Below, one piece after another: positions 1-14,093 of a stretch of 64,000 bases of DNA (position 1 is the first letter of the stretch; each line of letters begins with the position of its first letter). Both the position numbers and the translations under genes were made by a program. Source of the DNA: Eledone cirrhosa. Lineage: Eukaryota. Location: contig OZ024741.1 in the NCBI GenBank assembly GCA_964016885.1, positions 20,274,001-20,338,000 of the forward strand, written 5' to 3'. The notes under the pieces are model-generated. The model searched no databases and was not told the origin of the DNA. It was given only the letters and a program-made list of their open reading frames with translations.

Positions 1-730
1 TTGGCAGTATCGGTAGAGGGTCGGACACCATGCTAGGGTGGAGGATTGGCAGTATCGGTAGAAGGTCGGACACCATGCTAGGGTGGTGGATTGGCAGTAT
101 CGGTAGAGGGTCGGACACTATGCTAGGGTGGTGGATTGGCACTCTCGGTAGAGGGTCTGACGCCATGCTTTGTAAGGGTGGTGGATTGGCAGTATCGGTA
201 GAGGGTCTGACACCATGCTAGGGTGGTGGATTGGCAGTCTCGGTAGAGGGTCAGACGCCATGCTAGGGTGGTGGATTGGCAGTATCGGTAGAGGGTCAGA
301 CGCCATGCTAGGGTGGTGGATTGGCAGTATCGGTAGAGGGTCGGACACCATGCTAGGGTGGAGGATTGGCAGTATCGGTAGAAGGTCGGACACCATGCTA
401 GGGTGGTGGATTGGCAGTATCGGTAGAGGGTCGGACACTATGCTAGGGTGGTGGATTGGCAGTCTCGGTAGAGGGTCTGACGCCATGCTTTGTAAGGGTG
501 GTGGATTGGCAGTATCGGTAGAGGGTCTGACACCATGCTAGGGTGGTGGATTGGCAGTCTCGGTAGAGGGTCTGACACCATGCTAGGGTGGTGGATTGGC
601 AGTGTCGGTAGAGGGTCGGACACCATGCTTTGTAAGGGTGGTGGATTGGCAGTATCAGTAGAGGGTCTGACACCATGCTAGGTTGGTGGATTGGCAGTGT
701 CGGTAGAGGGTCGGACGCCATGCTTTGCAG
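1..730 (+). repeat. 45-bp tandem repeat made of the tRNA-like 5' head of the adjacent SINE (runs off the window start)
   Basis: Unit GGTGGTGGATTGGCAGTATCGGTAGAGGGTCGGACACCATGCTAG, with occasional 50-bp variants and a 320-bp higher-order period. The last unit continues into a full SINE. Confidence 0.93.
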
Positions 731-868
731 CAAAGAGTTACGGCCCTTTATGGTCTGAGTTCAAATCCCGCCGAGGTTAACTTTGCCTTTCATCTTTATG
801 GGGTCGATAAAATAAAATACCAGTAATACACTGGGATAATTGCTGGCCTTGTGCCTAAAGTAGAAACA
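685..868 (+). mobile_element. tRNA-derived SINE with Meta/Sauria-like central domain
   Basis: A-box-like TGGCAGTGTCGG, B-box GAGTTCAAATCCC, central TTTGCCTTTCATC...GGGGTCGATAAAATAAA.TACCAG. Many similar copies occur in the window. Confidence 0.85.
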
Positions 869-1019
869 AATATTTTATACAACTACAAAGACAAAATTCT
901 GGAAAATATTTGGCTGGACAAAACAAAAAAAACAAAAAAAAACAGACAAAATACGTAAGGTGAAAAGTTGCATGGAAGAAATGTTAAAACGTACATAGCA
1001 TACATATGTGTACTGACAA

Positions 1020-1800
1020 GAATTTTACCTTTCATCCTCACCGGTAAAATAAAGTACCAGTAATACACTTGAATTGATTTAATCTACTATCCCCTTCCCC
1101 CAAATTGTTGGCCTTGTGCCTAAATCAGAAACCAATATTTAGCAACACATGAGGGCGGTGGAGTGGCAGTATTGCTAGGATGTCGGATAACATGCTTTGT
1201 GGCATAGAGTTACGCCCCTTTACATTCTGAGATCAAATTCCGCCTAGGTAAACTTTGCCTTTGATACTTACGGAGTCGATAAAATAAAGTACCAGTAACA
1301 CATTGGAGTCGATTTAATTAACTTATTCCCCTCCCCCCTAAAATGATTGGCCTGGTGACACACTGAAACAGGGCAGTAGACAGCAGACTCGTTAAATGAC
1401 TGACAAATGTTAAATTGTATTTCTTTCGGCTCTTTACTCTCTGAGTTCAAATCCCACCGAAGTCAATTCTGCTTATCATCCTTCTAAGGTCAATAAAATA
1501 AAGTACCAGTCAATATGGCGTCATAGCAGTATCGATAGAGCGTCAGACAACATGCTTTACGGCATAGAGTCACGGCTCTTTACGTTCTGACTTCAAATTC
1601 CGAGGTTAGCTATGTTTTTCATCCTTACGGGCTCGATAAAATAAAGTACCAGTCACACACTGGGGTTGATTTGATCAACTTTCCTCTTCCCTGAAAATTG
1701 TTGGCCTTGTGCTTAAATCAGAACCCAATATAATCAACTTTCCTTTTCTCCAGCCCCCGGACACCCAAAACTACTGGCCTTCTACAAACATTAGAAACCA
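1020..1800 (+). mobile_element. Cluster of 4-5 older/partial copies of the same SINE family
   Basis: Repeated TTCAAAT and ATAAAATAAAGTACCAG motifs near 1045, 1280, 1495 and 1640, all in the same orientation. Confidence 0.8.
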
Positions 1801-1934
1801 ATGTTTGTCAATAATATATATGGGAAGAAGAATCGGTGGAGTGCCGGGCTAGAATGATATGTAGTATTTAGTTATCTACCTTTACACTGTAACATTAATT
1901 CACGATATCGACGAGTTTGAATTTTCTACAATTG

Positions 1935-4900
1935 GACACAATAAAATATAATACTGTGGTCAATATTACACTGTGTGGTGTAATACTAACTATTATAACT
2001 ACACGTGTGGTCAATATTACACTGTGTGGTGTAATACTAACTATTATAACTACACGTGTGGTCAATATTACACTGTGTGGTGTAATACTAACTATTATAA
2101 CTACACGTGTGGTCAATATTACACTGTATGGTGTAACACTAACTATTATAACTACACGTGTGGTCAATATTACACTGTGTGGTGTAATACTAACTATTAT
2201 AACTACACGTGTGGTCAATATTACACTGTGTGGTGTAATACTAACTATTATAACTACACGTGTGGTCAATATTACACTGTGTGGTGTAATACTAACTATT
2301 ATAACTACACATGTGGTCAATATTACACTGTGTGGTGTAATACTAACTATTATAACTACACATGTGGTCAATATTACACTGTGTGGTGTAATACTAACTA
2401 TTATAACTACACGTGTGGTCAATATTACACTGTGTGGTGTAATACTAACTATTATAACTACACATGTGGTCAATATTACACTGTGTGGTGTAATACTAAC
2501 TATTATAACTACACATGTGGTCAATATTACACTGTGTGGTGTAATACTAACTATTATAACTACACGTGTGGTCAATATTATACTGTGTGGTGTAATACTA
2601 ACTATTATAACTACACGTGTGGTCAATATTTCACTGTATGGTGTAATATTAACTATTATAACTACACATGTAATCAATATTACACTGTATGGTGTAATAC
2701 TAACTATTATAACTACACGTGTGGTCAATATTACACTGTGTGGTGTAATACTAACTATTATAACTACACATGTCGTCAATATTACACTGTGTGCTGTAAT
2801 ACTAACTATTATAACTACACGTGTGGTCAATATTACACTGTGTGGTGTAATACTAACTATTATAACTACACGTGGGGTCAATATTACACTGTGTGGTGTA
2901 ATACTAACTATTATAACTACACATGTGGTCAATATTACACTGTGTGGTGTAATACTAACTATTATAACTACACGTGTGGTCAATATTACACTGTGTGGTG
3001 TAATACTAACTATTATAACTACACATGTGGTCAATATTATACTGTGTGGTGTAATACTAACTATTATAACTACACGTGTGGTCAATATTACACTGTATGG
3101 TGTAACACTAACTATTATAACTACACCTGGGTTCAATATTACACTGTGTGGTGTAATACTAACTATTATAACTACACATGTGGTCAATATTACACTGTGT
3201 GGTGTAATACTAACTATTATAACTACACGTGGGGTCAATATTACACTGTGTGGTGTAATACTAACTATTATAACTACACGTGTGGTCAATATTACACTGT
3301 GTGGTGTAATACTAACTATTATAACTACACGTGTGGTCAATATTACACTGTGTGGTGTAATACTAACTATTATAACTACACGTGTGGTCAATATTACACA
3401 GCGTGGTGTAATACTAACTATTATAACTACACGTGTGGTCAATATTACACTGTGTGGTGTAATACTAACTATTATAACTACACGTGTGGTCAATATTACA
3501 CTGTGTGGTGTAATACTAACTATTATAACTACACATGTGGTCAATATTACACTGTGTGGTGTAATACTAACTATTATAACTACACATGTGGTCAATATTA
3601 CACTGTGTGGTGTAATACTAACTATTATAACTACACATGTGGTCAATATTACACTGTGTGGTGTAATACTAACTATTATAACTACACATGTGGTCAATAT
3701 TACACTGTGTGGTGTAATATTAACTATTATAACTACACATGTGGTCAATATTACACTGTATGGTGTAATACTAACTATTATAACTACACATGTGGTCAAT
3801 ATTACACTGTGTGGTGTAATACTAACTATTATAACTACACATGGGGTCAATATTACACTGTGTGGTGTAATACTAACTATTATAACTACACATGTGGTCA
3901 ATATTACACTGTGTGGTGTAATACTAACTATTATAACTACACATGTGGTCAATATTACACTGTGTGGTGTAATACTAACTATTATAACTACACGTGGGGT
4001 CAATATTACACTGTGTGGTGTAATACTAACTATTATAACTACACATGTGGTCAATATTACACTGTGTGGTGTAATACTAACTATTATAACTACACGTGTG
4101 GTCAATATTACACTGTGTGGTGTAATACTAACTATTATAACTACACATGTGGTCAATATTACACTGTGTGGTGTAATACTAACTATTATAACTACACATG
4201 TGGTCAATATTACACTGTGTGGTGTAATACTAACTATTATAACTACACATGTGGTCAATATTACACTGTGTGGTGTAATACTAACTATTATAACTACACA
4301 TGTGGTCAATATTACACTGTGTGGTGTAATACTAACTATTATAACTACACATGTGGTCAATATTACACTGTGTGGTGTAATACTAACTAGTATAACTACA
4401 CATGTGGTCAATATTACACTGTGTGGTGTAATACTAACTAGTATAACTACACATGTGGTCAATATTACACTGTGTGGTGTAATACTAACTATTATAACTA
4501 CACATGTGGTCAATATTACACTGTGTGGTGTAATACTAACTATTATAACTACACGTGTGGTCAATATTACACTGTGTGGTGTAATACTAACTATTATAAC
4601 TACACGTGTGGTCAATATTACACTGTGTGGTGTAATACTAACTATTATAACTACACGTGTGGTCAATATTACACTGTGTGGTGTAATACTAACTATTATA
4701 ACTACACATGTGGTCAATATTACACTGTGTGGTGTAATACTAACTATTATAACTACACATGTGGTCAATATTACACTGTGTGGTGTAATACTAACTATTA
4801 TAACTACACATGTGGTCAATATTACACTGTGTGGTGTAATATTAACTATTATAACTACACATGTGGTCAATATTACACTGTGTGGTGTAATACTAACTAT

Positions 4901-7000
4901 TATAACTACACATGTGGTCAATATTACACTGTGTGGTGTAATACTAACTATTATAACTACACATGTGGTCAATATTACACTGTGTGGTGTAATACTAACT
5001 ATTATAACTACACATGGGGTCAATATTACACTGTGTGGTGTAATACTAACTATTATAACTACACATGTGGTCAATATTACACTGTGTGGTGTAATACTAA
5101 CTATTATAACTACACATGGGGTCAATATTACACTGTGTGGTGTAATACTAACTATTATAACTACACATGTGGTCAATATTACACTGTGTGGTGTAATACT
5201 AACTATTATAACTACACGTGTGGTCAATATTACACTGTGTGGTGTAATACTAACTATTATAACTACACGTGTGGTCAATATTACACTGTGTGGTGTAATA
5301 CTAACTATTATAACTACACGTGTGGTCAATATTATACTGTGTGGTGTAATACTAACTATTATAACTACACATGTGGTCAATATTACACTGTGTTGTGTAA
5401 TACTAACTATTATAACTACACATGGGGTCAATATTACACTGTGTGGTGTAATACTAACTATTATAACTACACGTGTGGTCAATATTATACTGTGTGGTGT
5501 AATACTAACTATTATAACTACACGTGGGGTCAATATTACACTGTGTGGTGTAATACTAACTATAATAACTACACGTGGGGTCAATATTACACTGTGTGGT
5601 GTAACACTAACTATTATAACTACACATGTGGTCAATATTACACTGTGTGGTGTAATACTAACTATTATAACTACACGTGGGGTCAATATTACACTGTGTG
5701 GTGTAACACTAACTATTATAACTACACATGTGGTCAATATTACACTGTGTGGTGTAATACTAACTATTATAACTACACGTGGGGTCAATATTACACTGTG
5801 TGGTGTAACACTAACTATTATAACTACACATGTGGTCAATATTATACTGTATGGTGTAATACTAACTATTATAACTACACGTGGGGTCAATATTATACTG
5901 TATGGTGTAATACTAACTATTATAACTACACATGTGGTCAATATTACACCGTGTGGTGTAATACTAACTATTATAACTAGACCCATGTGGTCAATATTAT
6001 TCTGTGTGGTGTAATACTAACTATTATAACTACACATGTGATCAATATTACACTGTGTGGTGTAATACTAACTATTATAACTACACATGTGGTCAATATT
6101 ATTCTGTATGGTGTAATACTATTATAACTACACGTGTGGTCAATATTATACTGTATGGTGTAATACTAACTATTATAACTACACGTGTGGTCAATATTAT
6201 ACTGTGTGGTTTAATACTAACTATTATATCTACACATGTGGTCAATATTACACTGTATGGTGTAATACTAACTATTATAACTACACATGTGGTCAATATT
6301 ACACTGTGTGGTTTAATACTAACTATTATAACTACACGTGTGGTCAATATTACACTGTATTGTGTAATACTAACTATTATAACTACACGTGTGGTCAATA
6401 TTTCACTGTATGGTGTAATATTAACTATTATAACTACACATGTAATCAATATTACACTGTATGGTGTAATACTAACTCTTATAACTACACGTGTGGTCAA
6501 TATTATACTGTGTGGTGTAATACTAACTATTACAACTACACATATGATCAATATTATTCTGTATGGTGTAATACTAACTATTATAACTACGCATGTGATC
6601 AATATTACACTGTGTGGTGTAATACTAACTATTATAACTACACGTGGGGTCAATATTATTCTGTATGGTTTAATACTAACTATTATAACTACACACATGT
6701 AGTCAATATTACACTGTGTGGTGTAATACTAACTATTATAACTACACATGTGGTCAATATTATTCTGTATGGTGTAATATTAACTATTATAACTACACAC
6801 ATGTGGTCAATATTACACTGTGTGGTGTAATACTAACTATTATAACTACACATGGGGTCAATATTACACTGTGTGGCGTAATACTAACTATTATAACTAC
6901 ACATGTGGTCAGTATTACACTGTGTGGTGTAATACTAACTATCATATATCTACACATATGTGACCAGTATTACACTGTGCGGTGTAATACTAACTATTAT
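1935..7000. repeat. 51-bp minisatellite array (~100 units)
   Basis: Unit GTGGTCAATATTACACTGTGTGGTGTAATACTAACTATTATAACTACACRT. It is homogeneous centrally and degenerates after ~6000. It explains the 17-aa periodic ORFs. Confidence 0.97.
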
Positions 7001-7462
7001 ATACCTATATATGTTGTAATACTAATTATTTTAACTATATATGTTGTAATACTATTATAATTATATATGTTGTAATACTAACTATTATATATATATATAT
7101 ATATATGTTGTAATAGTAACTATTATAACTATATATGTTATACTACTAAATATTATAACTACATGTGTCATCAGAATCTCACAGTATGTTGTATATCATA
7201 AAAGAGAATCTGGTCTCCGTCTGTCTGTCCATCACAAAATATATGTAGAAGGAGGAGGAAAGGGTAAGAGTGAAATGTCGTTGTGTTGAGAGAGAAACAC
7301 AGTGAAAGAGAGAATGTGTGTGTGTGAAAGAGAAGAGGATCGTTTATGACGTCAGAATGAAAGTGAGGACGACAGACTTAAAAAAAAAGAATTTTAAGTG
7401 CAAATCTGTCAATACGTTAGTTACAGTGAGAGAGAGAAAGAGCGAAAGCGAGGGTGAGAAAG

Positions 7463-7613
<151 letters not shown>

Positions 7614-7734
7614 AAGATAGTTTAAAACGTAATTCAGCTAATTGACGTATTTCAAGTTTTTTATTAAAAACGCTGGAATTTTAAGTGCGTCACCTGTGTG
7701 TGTATGTGGTGAGTGTGTGTGTCTGGTGTGAGTG

Positions 7735-8812
7735 TTAAATATTTTGGCGCTAGTTTTAACTGTGCATTTATAAACTATGTTTTTGTCTAAACAATTATTT
7801 TGTAAAGGGCAGTTTGATTTGATTCTACAGTTACAATTATTAGAGTTATTGTTGTTCAGAACGGTACCATTATTCTGAGTATTGTTGTTAGAAATATTAT
7901 TATTGCTATTTTGGTTAGTTTGGTTAGGGTTTAAATTTAAGTTTCTATTATTAATTCTATTTATATTTTGTGCTATGTTCATAGTATAGTAGTAGAGTAG
8001 GATAGTTTTATAGTGTGTCTGTTAAAAATAGAGTGGTATCTATGGGTTTTAGGAAAACATTTATCTAGTGCTTTAAAGAATAGCTTTGCTAAAGGTGTTT
8101 TAACGCTTAATTAGAATGGGGGAGAGTACCAAATAATATTTCTAGTTCTAGTTTTTTTGTTTGGTTTAGTGTCTAAGTTAATACTTGGATGATATATTAT
8201 GTTATTGTTATCTATGTATTTAATTCTATTTGAGTATCCTGCTGTATGTAAAACTTCATTATAATATTCAGCCTTATCAAAAATATTTTTATTAGCGGAG
8301 ATGCGTGAAATCCTTTGTTGGACGCTATTGACAATAGTGTTTTTAATACTTCTAGGATGATTAGAATTGAAACTTACATAATTTAAATGTTCGTTAATTT
8401 TATGGAAAGGATAGTAAAGATCTGTGCTAAGGTTTAAAGTTACATCTAATAAGTTAACGATTTTGTAGTTATTCCCTATTTCTAACTTAAGATTGTAGTT
8501 GTTGAAAAATTGTATTATGGATTTTCTTTTCCTATTAATATCACTATTGTTATGGTTTTCAGTTAAAAGCAACATATCGTCACGATATAAACCTCCAGTC
8601 ATCTCTGGCATTTTCCTATGCAGTACATTATTAATAAATAATCCAACCAGGTCTGTAAGTTGCGCCGAGTCAGATGATCCCATAGTGATATCAAAATTGT
8701 TTTTTCTGTCGGCTCTTGTCCAGAGATGATTATTAAATTCTATTAGTGTTTTACGTGCTGTTAGAATTATATTCATTTCGTCACTAGATAAGTCTGAATG
8801 TTTAGATGCGTA
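7735..8812 (-). mobile_element. Penelope-like retroelement fragment (RT core/thumb + start of GIY-YIG), probably Naiad-like
   Basis: ORF 8111-8839 has FDITMGSSDSAQLTDLVG, GGLYRDD, LLDVTLNL and NIIWYSPPF. ORF 7638-7982 has CNCRIKSNCPLQNNCL...IVYKCTV. Stops and frameshifts are present. Clade assignment is from motif recall. Confidence 0.88.
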
Positions 8813-8870
8813 TTTTATCTGATGATAGCGTACCAACATTTTTGGTACCCTTGAAATATATATAATAGAA
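8811..8870 (+). ncRNA. Type I hammerhead ribozyme motif in an inverted pLTR at the 5' truncation of the PLE
   Basis: TATTTTAT-CTGATGA-(GTACCAA...TTGGTAC stem II)-GAAA-TATATATA-ATAGAAAA. Confidence 0.78.
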
Positions 8871-9008
8871 AAAATATGGTTTTATAAATATAGTTTCTAT
8901 TTATTTAATATCATTGTATATTATACTCCAGAAAACTTGTTGAGTGCTCTGAATCAGTTATAAACATTTATATTTGTTGAATTACCAACAAATTGAATAT
9001 CCCTTCTG

Positions 9009-9092
<84 letters not shown>

Positions 9093-9336
9093 ATATTTTA
9101 TAGTTATGTTGCTAGTTGTTTGTGTACGTGTGTGTCTGTGTCTGCGTGTCTATGTGTCTCTGTGTGTATGTATCTGTATATGTATGTATCTGTGTGAACA
9201 TGTATGTGTCTGTGTATGTATGTATCTGTCTGTGTGTATGCGTGTATGTGTGTGTGTAAGTGTGTGTGTATGTGTGTGTATATGTGTGTGTATGTGTGTA
9301 TGTGTGTGTAAGTGTGTGTGTATGTTTGTATGTGTA

Positions 9337-9369
<33 letters not shown>

Positions 9370-9584
9370 ATCTACAGGAAACGTAGCGACGGGTTTCTTC
9401 TACTATTTATTATAACTCCATAGGATGTCAGTCTGTGATATTTGACTGAAGGAACTACGGCACTCTCAGCAAGAGAGAACGAATCCACCAATTGATTAGT
9501 TTCGATTTTCGTTAAAGACTCGTTTACTCATCACATTATCCATACAATGTTGTTATGAATGAAGGTATATATATATAACAGATA

Positions 9585-9775
9585 TAAAATAAAATAAAAT
9601 AAATAAGTCAAATGTTTAAAATTTGGCTTCGTTTATTACTGCTATATATATTTCGGTGACAGCCATCTTTGGCTGTGACATCTTCAGCTGAAGATGGCTG
9701 TCACCGAAATATATATAGCAGTAATAAACGAAGCCAAATTTTAAACATTTGACTTATTTATTTTATTTTATTTTA
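9585..9775. repeat. Fold-back palindrome centred on a hammerhead core
   Basis: ~90-100 bp inverted arms. The axis is TCTTCAG|CTGAAGA at 9687/9688. The minus strand reads CTGAAGA-TGTCACAGCCA-AAGA-TGGCTGTCACC-GAAA-TATATATA-GCAG. Confidence 0.85.
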
Positions 9776-9889
9776 CATTACTCCGGAGTAACCAAACTAA
9801 CCTGCGCACTTCGTCGAGTGCTCCACTCTGCATACTGAGGTGTTGGTATACAACCAGCATATACTCAAAATTTATAACAGATATATGTA

Positions 9890-10675
9890 GATATATACAT
9901 AGATATATGTTTTGTACTACTTACTCTTGACAACTTGAAAGACATAGATAAACAATGGATGAGAAGTGTTCCGTGAAAGACGAGACTAGTCAGTTCTATC
10001 AATATTTCAAACTGCCCAAGTCCTGAGGGGTTATCCACGCAGTTTATTTTCACAATGAGGCTAAATGGAGGTTTATAAAGCATATTGTATATGACTAAAG
10101 CATGTATGTATGTTCTCTTACTCTTAATTTCGAGTACATTTTTTACTGGCCACCTTCCTGGGGGCAAGGTTGTAAAAATAAAAAAAAGGAATTGTCATCT
10201 CTTGAATCGCAAGAATGTTTTGCAAATTTTGAAGGTGCCAGCTGTCGGTGCCATTTGTAGTCTATGAATTAGGGAACTGCGCTCTTTGTCCACAAATCGA
10301 AGTTCAGTTATATTTTGGTCCAAGCGGGTTGGTATATAACCTGTAGCTCCAATAATGATGAGTATAAAGCTGAAAGTGTATCTTGGATACTGGATCTGCA
10401 AACTCCTCCTCAATGGTCCGTATTTTTCTTACAACGTTGACATCAAATGTGCAGCTGATCTCTACAACAGAGCATGTTTTTAATGTGTGGTCCCCAATAA
10501 CTATATCACACCAACTTTAATTTGGTGGAAGATTTTATTTTAAGGTTCCACCAGTATTCTTTAGTGCCATCTATCTCAACATATTCCTCCTTATTTGTTT
10601 TTAATTTTGTTTTCTTAAGTGTGTTCCAGAAGGTTCTAGCTATAACATCGTGTCTCATAGGGAGGTAGTATTTTG
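9890..10675 (-). mobile_element. R4/Dong-type non-LTR retrotransposon 3' fragment (restriction-like endonuclease), degenerate
   Basis: Minus-strand YYLPMRHDV, EYWWN and YTFSFILIIIGATGY, homologous to ORF 42186-42695. Confidence 0.75.
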
Positions 10676-10754
10676 CATGTATGTATGTATGTATGTATGT
10701 ATGTATGTATGTATGTATGTATGTATGTATGTATGTATGTATGTATGTATGTAT

Positions 10755-11370
10755 GTCAGGTCACCAGTTGGTGCTACTGGTAACATGTATCCCAGTACAA
10801 CCTGTCTCATGGTCGGGTCGTTGGCGACTAAACTGGCAACCCCACCAAGGTTTCTTGGTGAGGAGGGTGACTTTGGACATCCTGCAGGACTAAAAACAAA
10901 ACCTGTCAAAGGGCAAAGGAGCTCTTAAGAGTCAATGGCCATCCAAAATTACCGGGAGAGATGACCCCTTAGCCTTTGTCAAGGCAGAATTCTAGGAGAA
11001 GGAAAACTCTGATATAGGACCTGCAACCCTGATGGTATCCAATGATGTTGACTTGTTCTTTTTGGTAAATATCATCTTGGTTAAGAGACTGGGACTGGCT
11101 TTGTGCAGTGCCTTTGCTCACTATAAAAGCTTCACGGCACAGGCATTGCTTTATATCTGGAGATCTCTCTGCACTTGTCGTCACATGGCACCAAAGGCAA
11201 AGCACTATGTGTCAATAACTGTCACAAGTGTAGTGTTTGTACCAGAGTTTTCAAGTCGCTGGCTGGACTAAAAAGTCACTCGTTGAGCGCATCGGTAGGG
11301 GTTCTCCTACATGGATATAAAGTAGTGGCCGTACTCGAAAACGAGTTGGCAGCCACCATGTATGTATGTA
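10755..11370 (+). mobile_element. Short internally deleted RTE derivative (~600 bp; 5'UTR + last C2H2 finger + (ATGT)n tail)
   Basis: RTE-type UTR motif CTAGGAGAAGGAAAACTCTGA. The 3' part encodes [20 protein letters not shown]. Closely similar copies at 47550-48165 and 22670-23168. Confidence 0.8.
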
Positions 11371-11392
11371 TATACGTATGTATGTATATACG

Positions 11393-11506
<114 letters not shown>

Positions 11507-11721
11507 GAGAGAGAGAGAAATGTACGCATGTGTGTGTGTGTATATTCACACACACACACACACATATATGTATAAATAAATATACATATATATGTGTGTG
11601 TGTCTGAGTGAGAATGAGTGTGCATGTGTGTTTGAACTGTTGTTGTCCCAAATGCAAATGACTATAATAATAGTCGATTGTTCTAAATAGACAGGAGCAG
11701 GTGGACAAAGGCGCCATCACT

Positions 11722-11857
<136 letters not shown>

Positions 11858-11881
11858 TGTGTGCTGTGTTGTGTGTGTTTG

Positions 11882-11934
<53 letters not shown>

Positions 11935-12550
11935 TTTGTATGTTAATGTACGCGTGTGTATGTGTGTGTGTATATATGTGTGTGTGTGGGTGGACCAGTA
12001 TTTTTTTCTGGTAAAATGGTGTACATTATTCGATATTTTCAGTAAAATCGATTCTCTCAATAGAACATCAAAAACCTTAATAATAAAAGGTGTGAAATGA
12101 TATATAGTATTGGCATAACACCAAGGTGTGTGTGTGTGTCCAGATTGTACGTACTGCAAGGGGAATCCATTAGGCCTTGCCGTATTGGAGTACCTGTGCA
12201 CAAATATGTATCTGGAGTGTGTCCAGAAATTGTATACCTGTGTACAAATATGTATCTGGAGTGTGTCCAGATTGTACGTACTGCAAGGGGAATTCATTAG
12301 GCTTTGCCGTATTGGAATACCTGTGCACAAATATGTATGTGCCCATCAGTGTGCAATGCATGTATGCGTTTATGTATGTGTGTGTGTCGGCACGTTTATA
12401 TCTATAGACATCAAAAGGTATGCAAATTTGTGTATATTTGTGTTGCACCATAGAACATATGTGTTTACGTATGTCATTGTGTTTATATGTGGGTAGAGAT
12501 GTATGCTGATGTAGGTATGTATGTTGACGTGTGTATGTTGTGGGTTCGTC

Positions 12551-13535
12551 TTAGGGAGAAGTGTTTAGACGGGGTCCGTATTTGTTAATAAAGTAAGATT
12601 CCTTGCTGATGCGCTGGGTGTGGGTGGCATTATCTTTAAATTTGTAGAGGGGAAAGATTCTGAAGTCGGGATGATTTGGGGCGGCACAGGTATCAATGTG
12701 TTCACTCAGTGGTATTTTCCTGTATTCCCGTATTTTAATTTGGGATCTATGGACAGTCATGCGTTGGCGGAGGCTGTTTTGGGTCTGGCCTATGCATTGT
12801 TCTCGACAACCTGAGCAAGTTAATACATATATTAGATTTTCTGATGCACATGTGAAATTGTGTTTTACTATAAAACGTTGTCCTTTGAAATAGAATTCCG
12901 AACCCTCTATTAGGTTGATGCAAATGCCACAGTTGGGTCTATCGTATTTTTTTACTGTGGGTTTTGTTGTTGTGGTTGGCAATACTTTGGCATGTGTTAG
13001 GATGTTTTTCATTGACTTAGATTGTCTTTTGCTGTTTATGATATCGTGTATTCGTAGGATTTGGTTCATTCTATGGTCCTTTTTCAACATAGGGATGTTC
13101 TGGAGAATGGTGTCAAAGGCCTCATTGGTGAAGGGGTTGTGTGTGGAGATGTATGGAAGAGCTTTTAGTTTCGGTTGATTTACTTTAGGGTGTCTAAGGT
13201 CCTGGGTACTGAGTTTTAGGGCACGTTGGATTCCATTGTCAATTAGTGATGCAGGGTAGTCCCTGCCTATGAGTGTGTCCTTTAGTTCTTGTAGCCGTAA
13301 GTAGCAGGTGTTTTTATTGGAGACTATAGTACAGATTCTCTTGACTAAGTTGTAGGGAATATTAATTTTAACGTGTCTAGGGAGGCAAGAGTTGAAAGGA
13401 AGATATTGCTTGGAGTCTGTGGGCTTGTAGTATATGTCTGTTTCTATTTTTTTGTTATGGATCTTAATGAGGATGTCGAGGAAGGGGAGTTGTTGATGGC
13501 TGTATTCCATCGTGAAGTTAATATTCGTGTTGAGC
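12551..13535 (-). mobile_element. Penelope-like element 3' half (RT thumb + GIY-YIG endonuclease), Neptune-like
   Basis: 319-aa ORF with LPFLDILI, TDIYYKPTD, NLIYVLTCSGCREQCIGQT, LRQRMTVHR and ESYFINKY. Confidence 0.9.
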
Positions 13536-13906
13536 CCATTTATAAGGGTGTGAAATTCTACCGACCAATCAAAATTGTTTTGACCACAAGAAATTTTGCA
13601 ACACGAATTGGCGCAAAACTTATTTTAATACCGCTGGAGCCACTTTTTTAACATAAAAACAGGTAGAATTCCCAAAACTAATCAGATCAGAGCAAACATC
13701 ACGGACGCTCTATCTCAAAATTATTTTTGAAAAGCATTAGAAATGCGCAACCGGTAAAACTTAAAACCAAAACTTAATACTAACCAATACTATTACTAAT
13801 TCTCACTTATTCGTAATTAAACTATTTTTCACTGTGAATAATTTGTCAGCATTTTCTATTCCGTTTACCAATATATCATAACTTGTGTGTTACACCTCTA
13901 TTCTTT

Positions 13907-13984
<78 letters not shown>

Positions 13985-13988
<4 letters not shown>

Positions 13989-14041
13989 GTAAGTATGTAT
14001 GTATACGTACATACATATATGTATACAGACGTACAGTAGCA

Positions 14042-14093
<52 letters not shown>

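Noticed and set aside
685-868. tRNA genes
   Set aside because: The A/B boxes belong to SINE heads. No complete cloverleaf is present.
1895-6830. 1300-aa ORFs / CRISPR-like palindromic repeats
   Set aside because: These are translations of a 51-bp satellite on both strands. There are no unique spacers or cas genes, and the context is eukaryotic.
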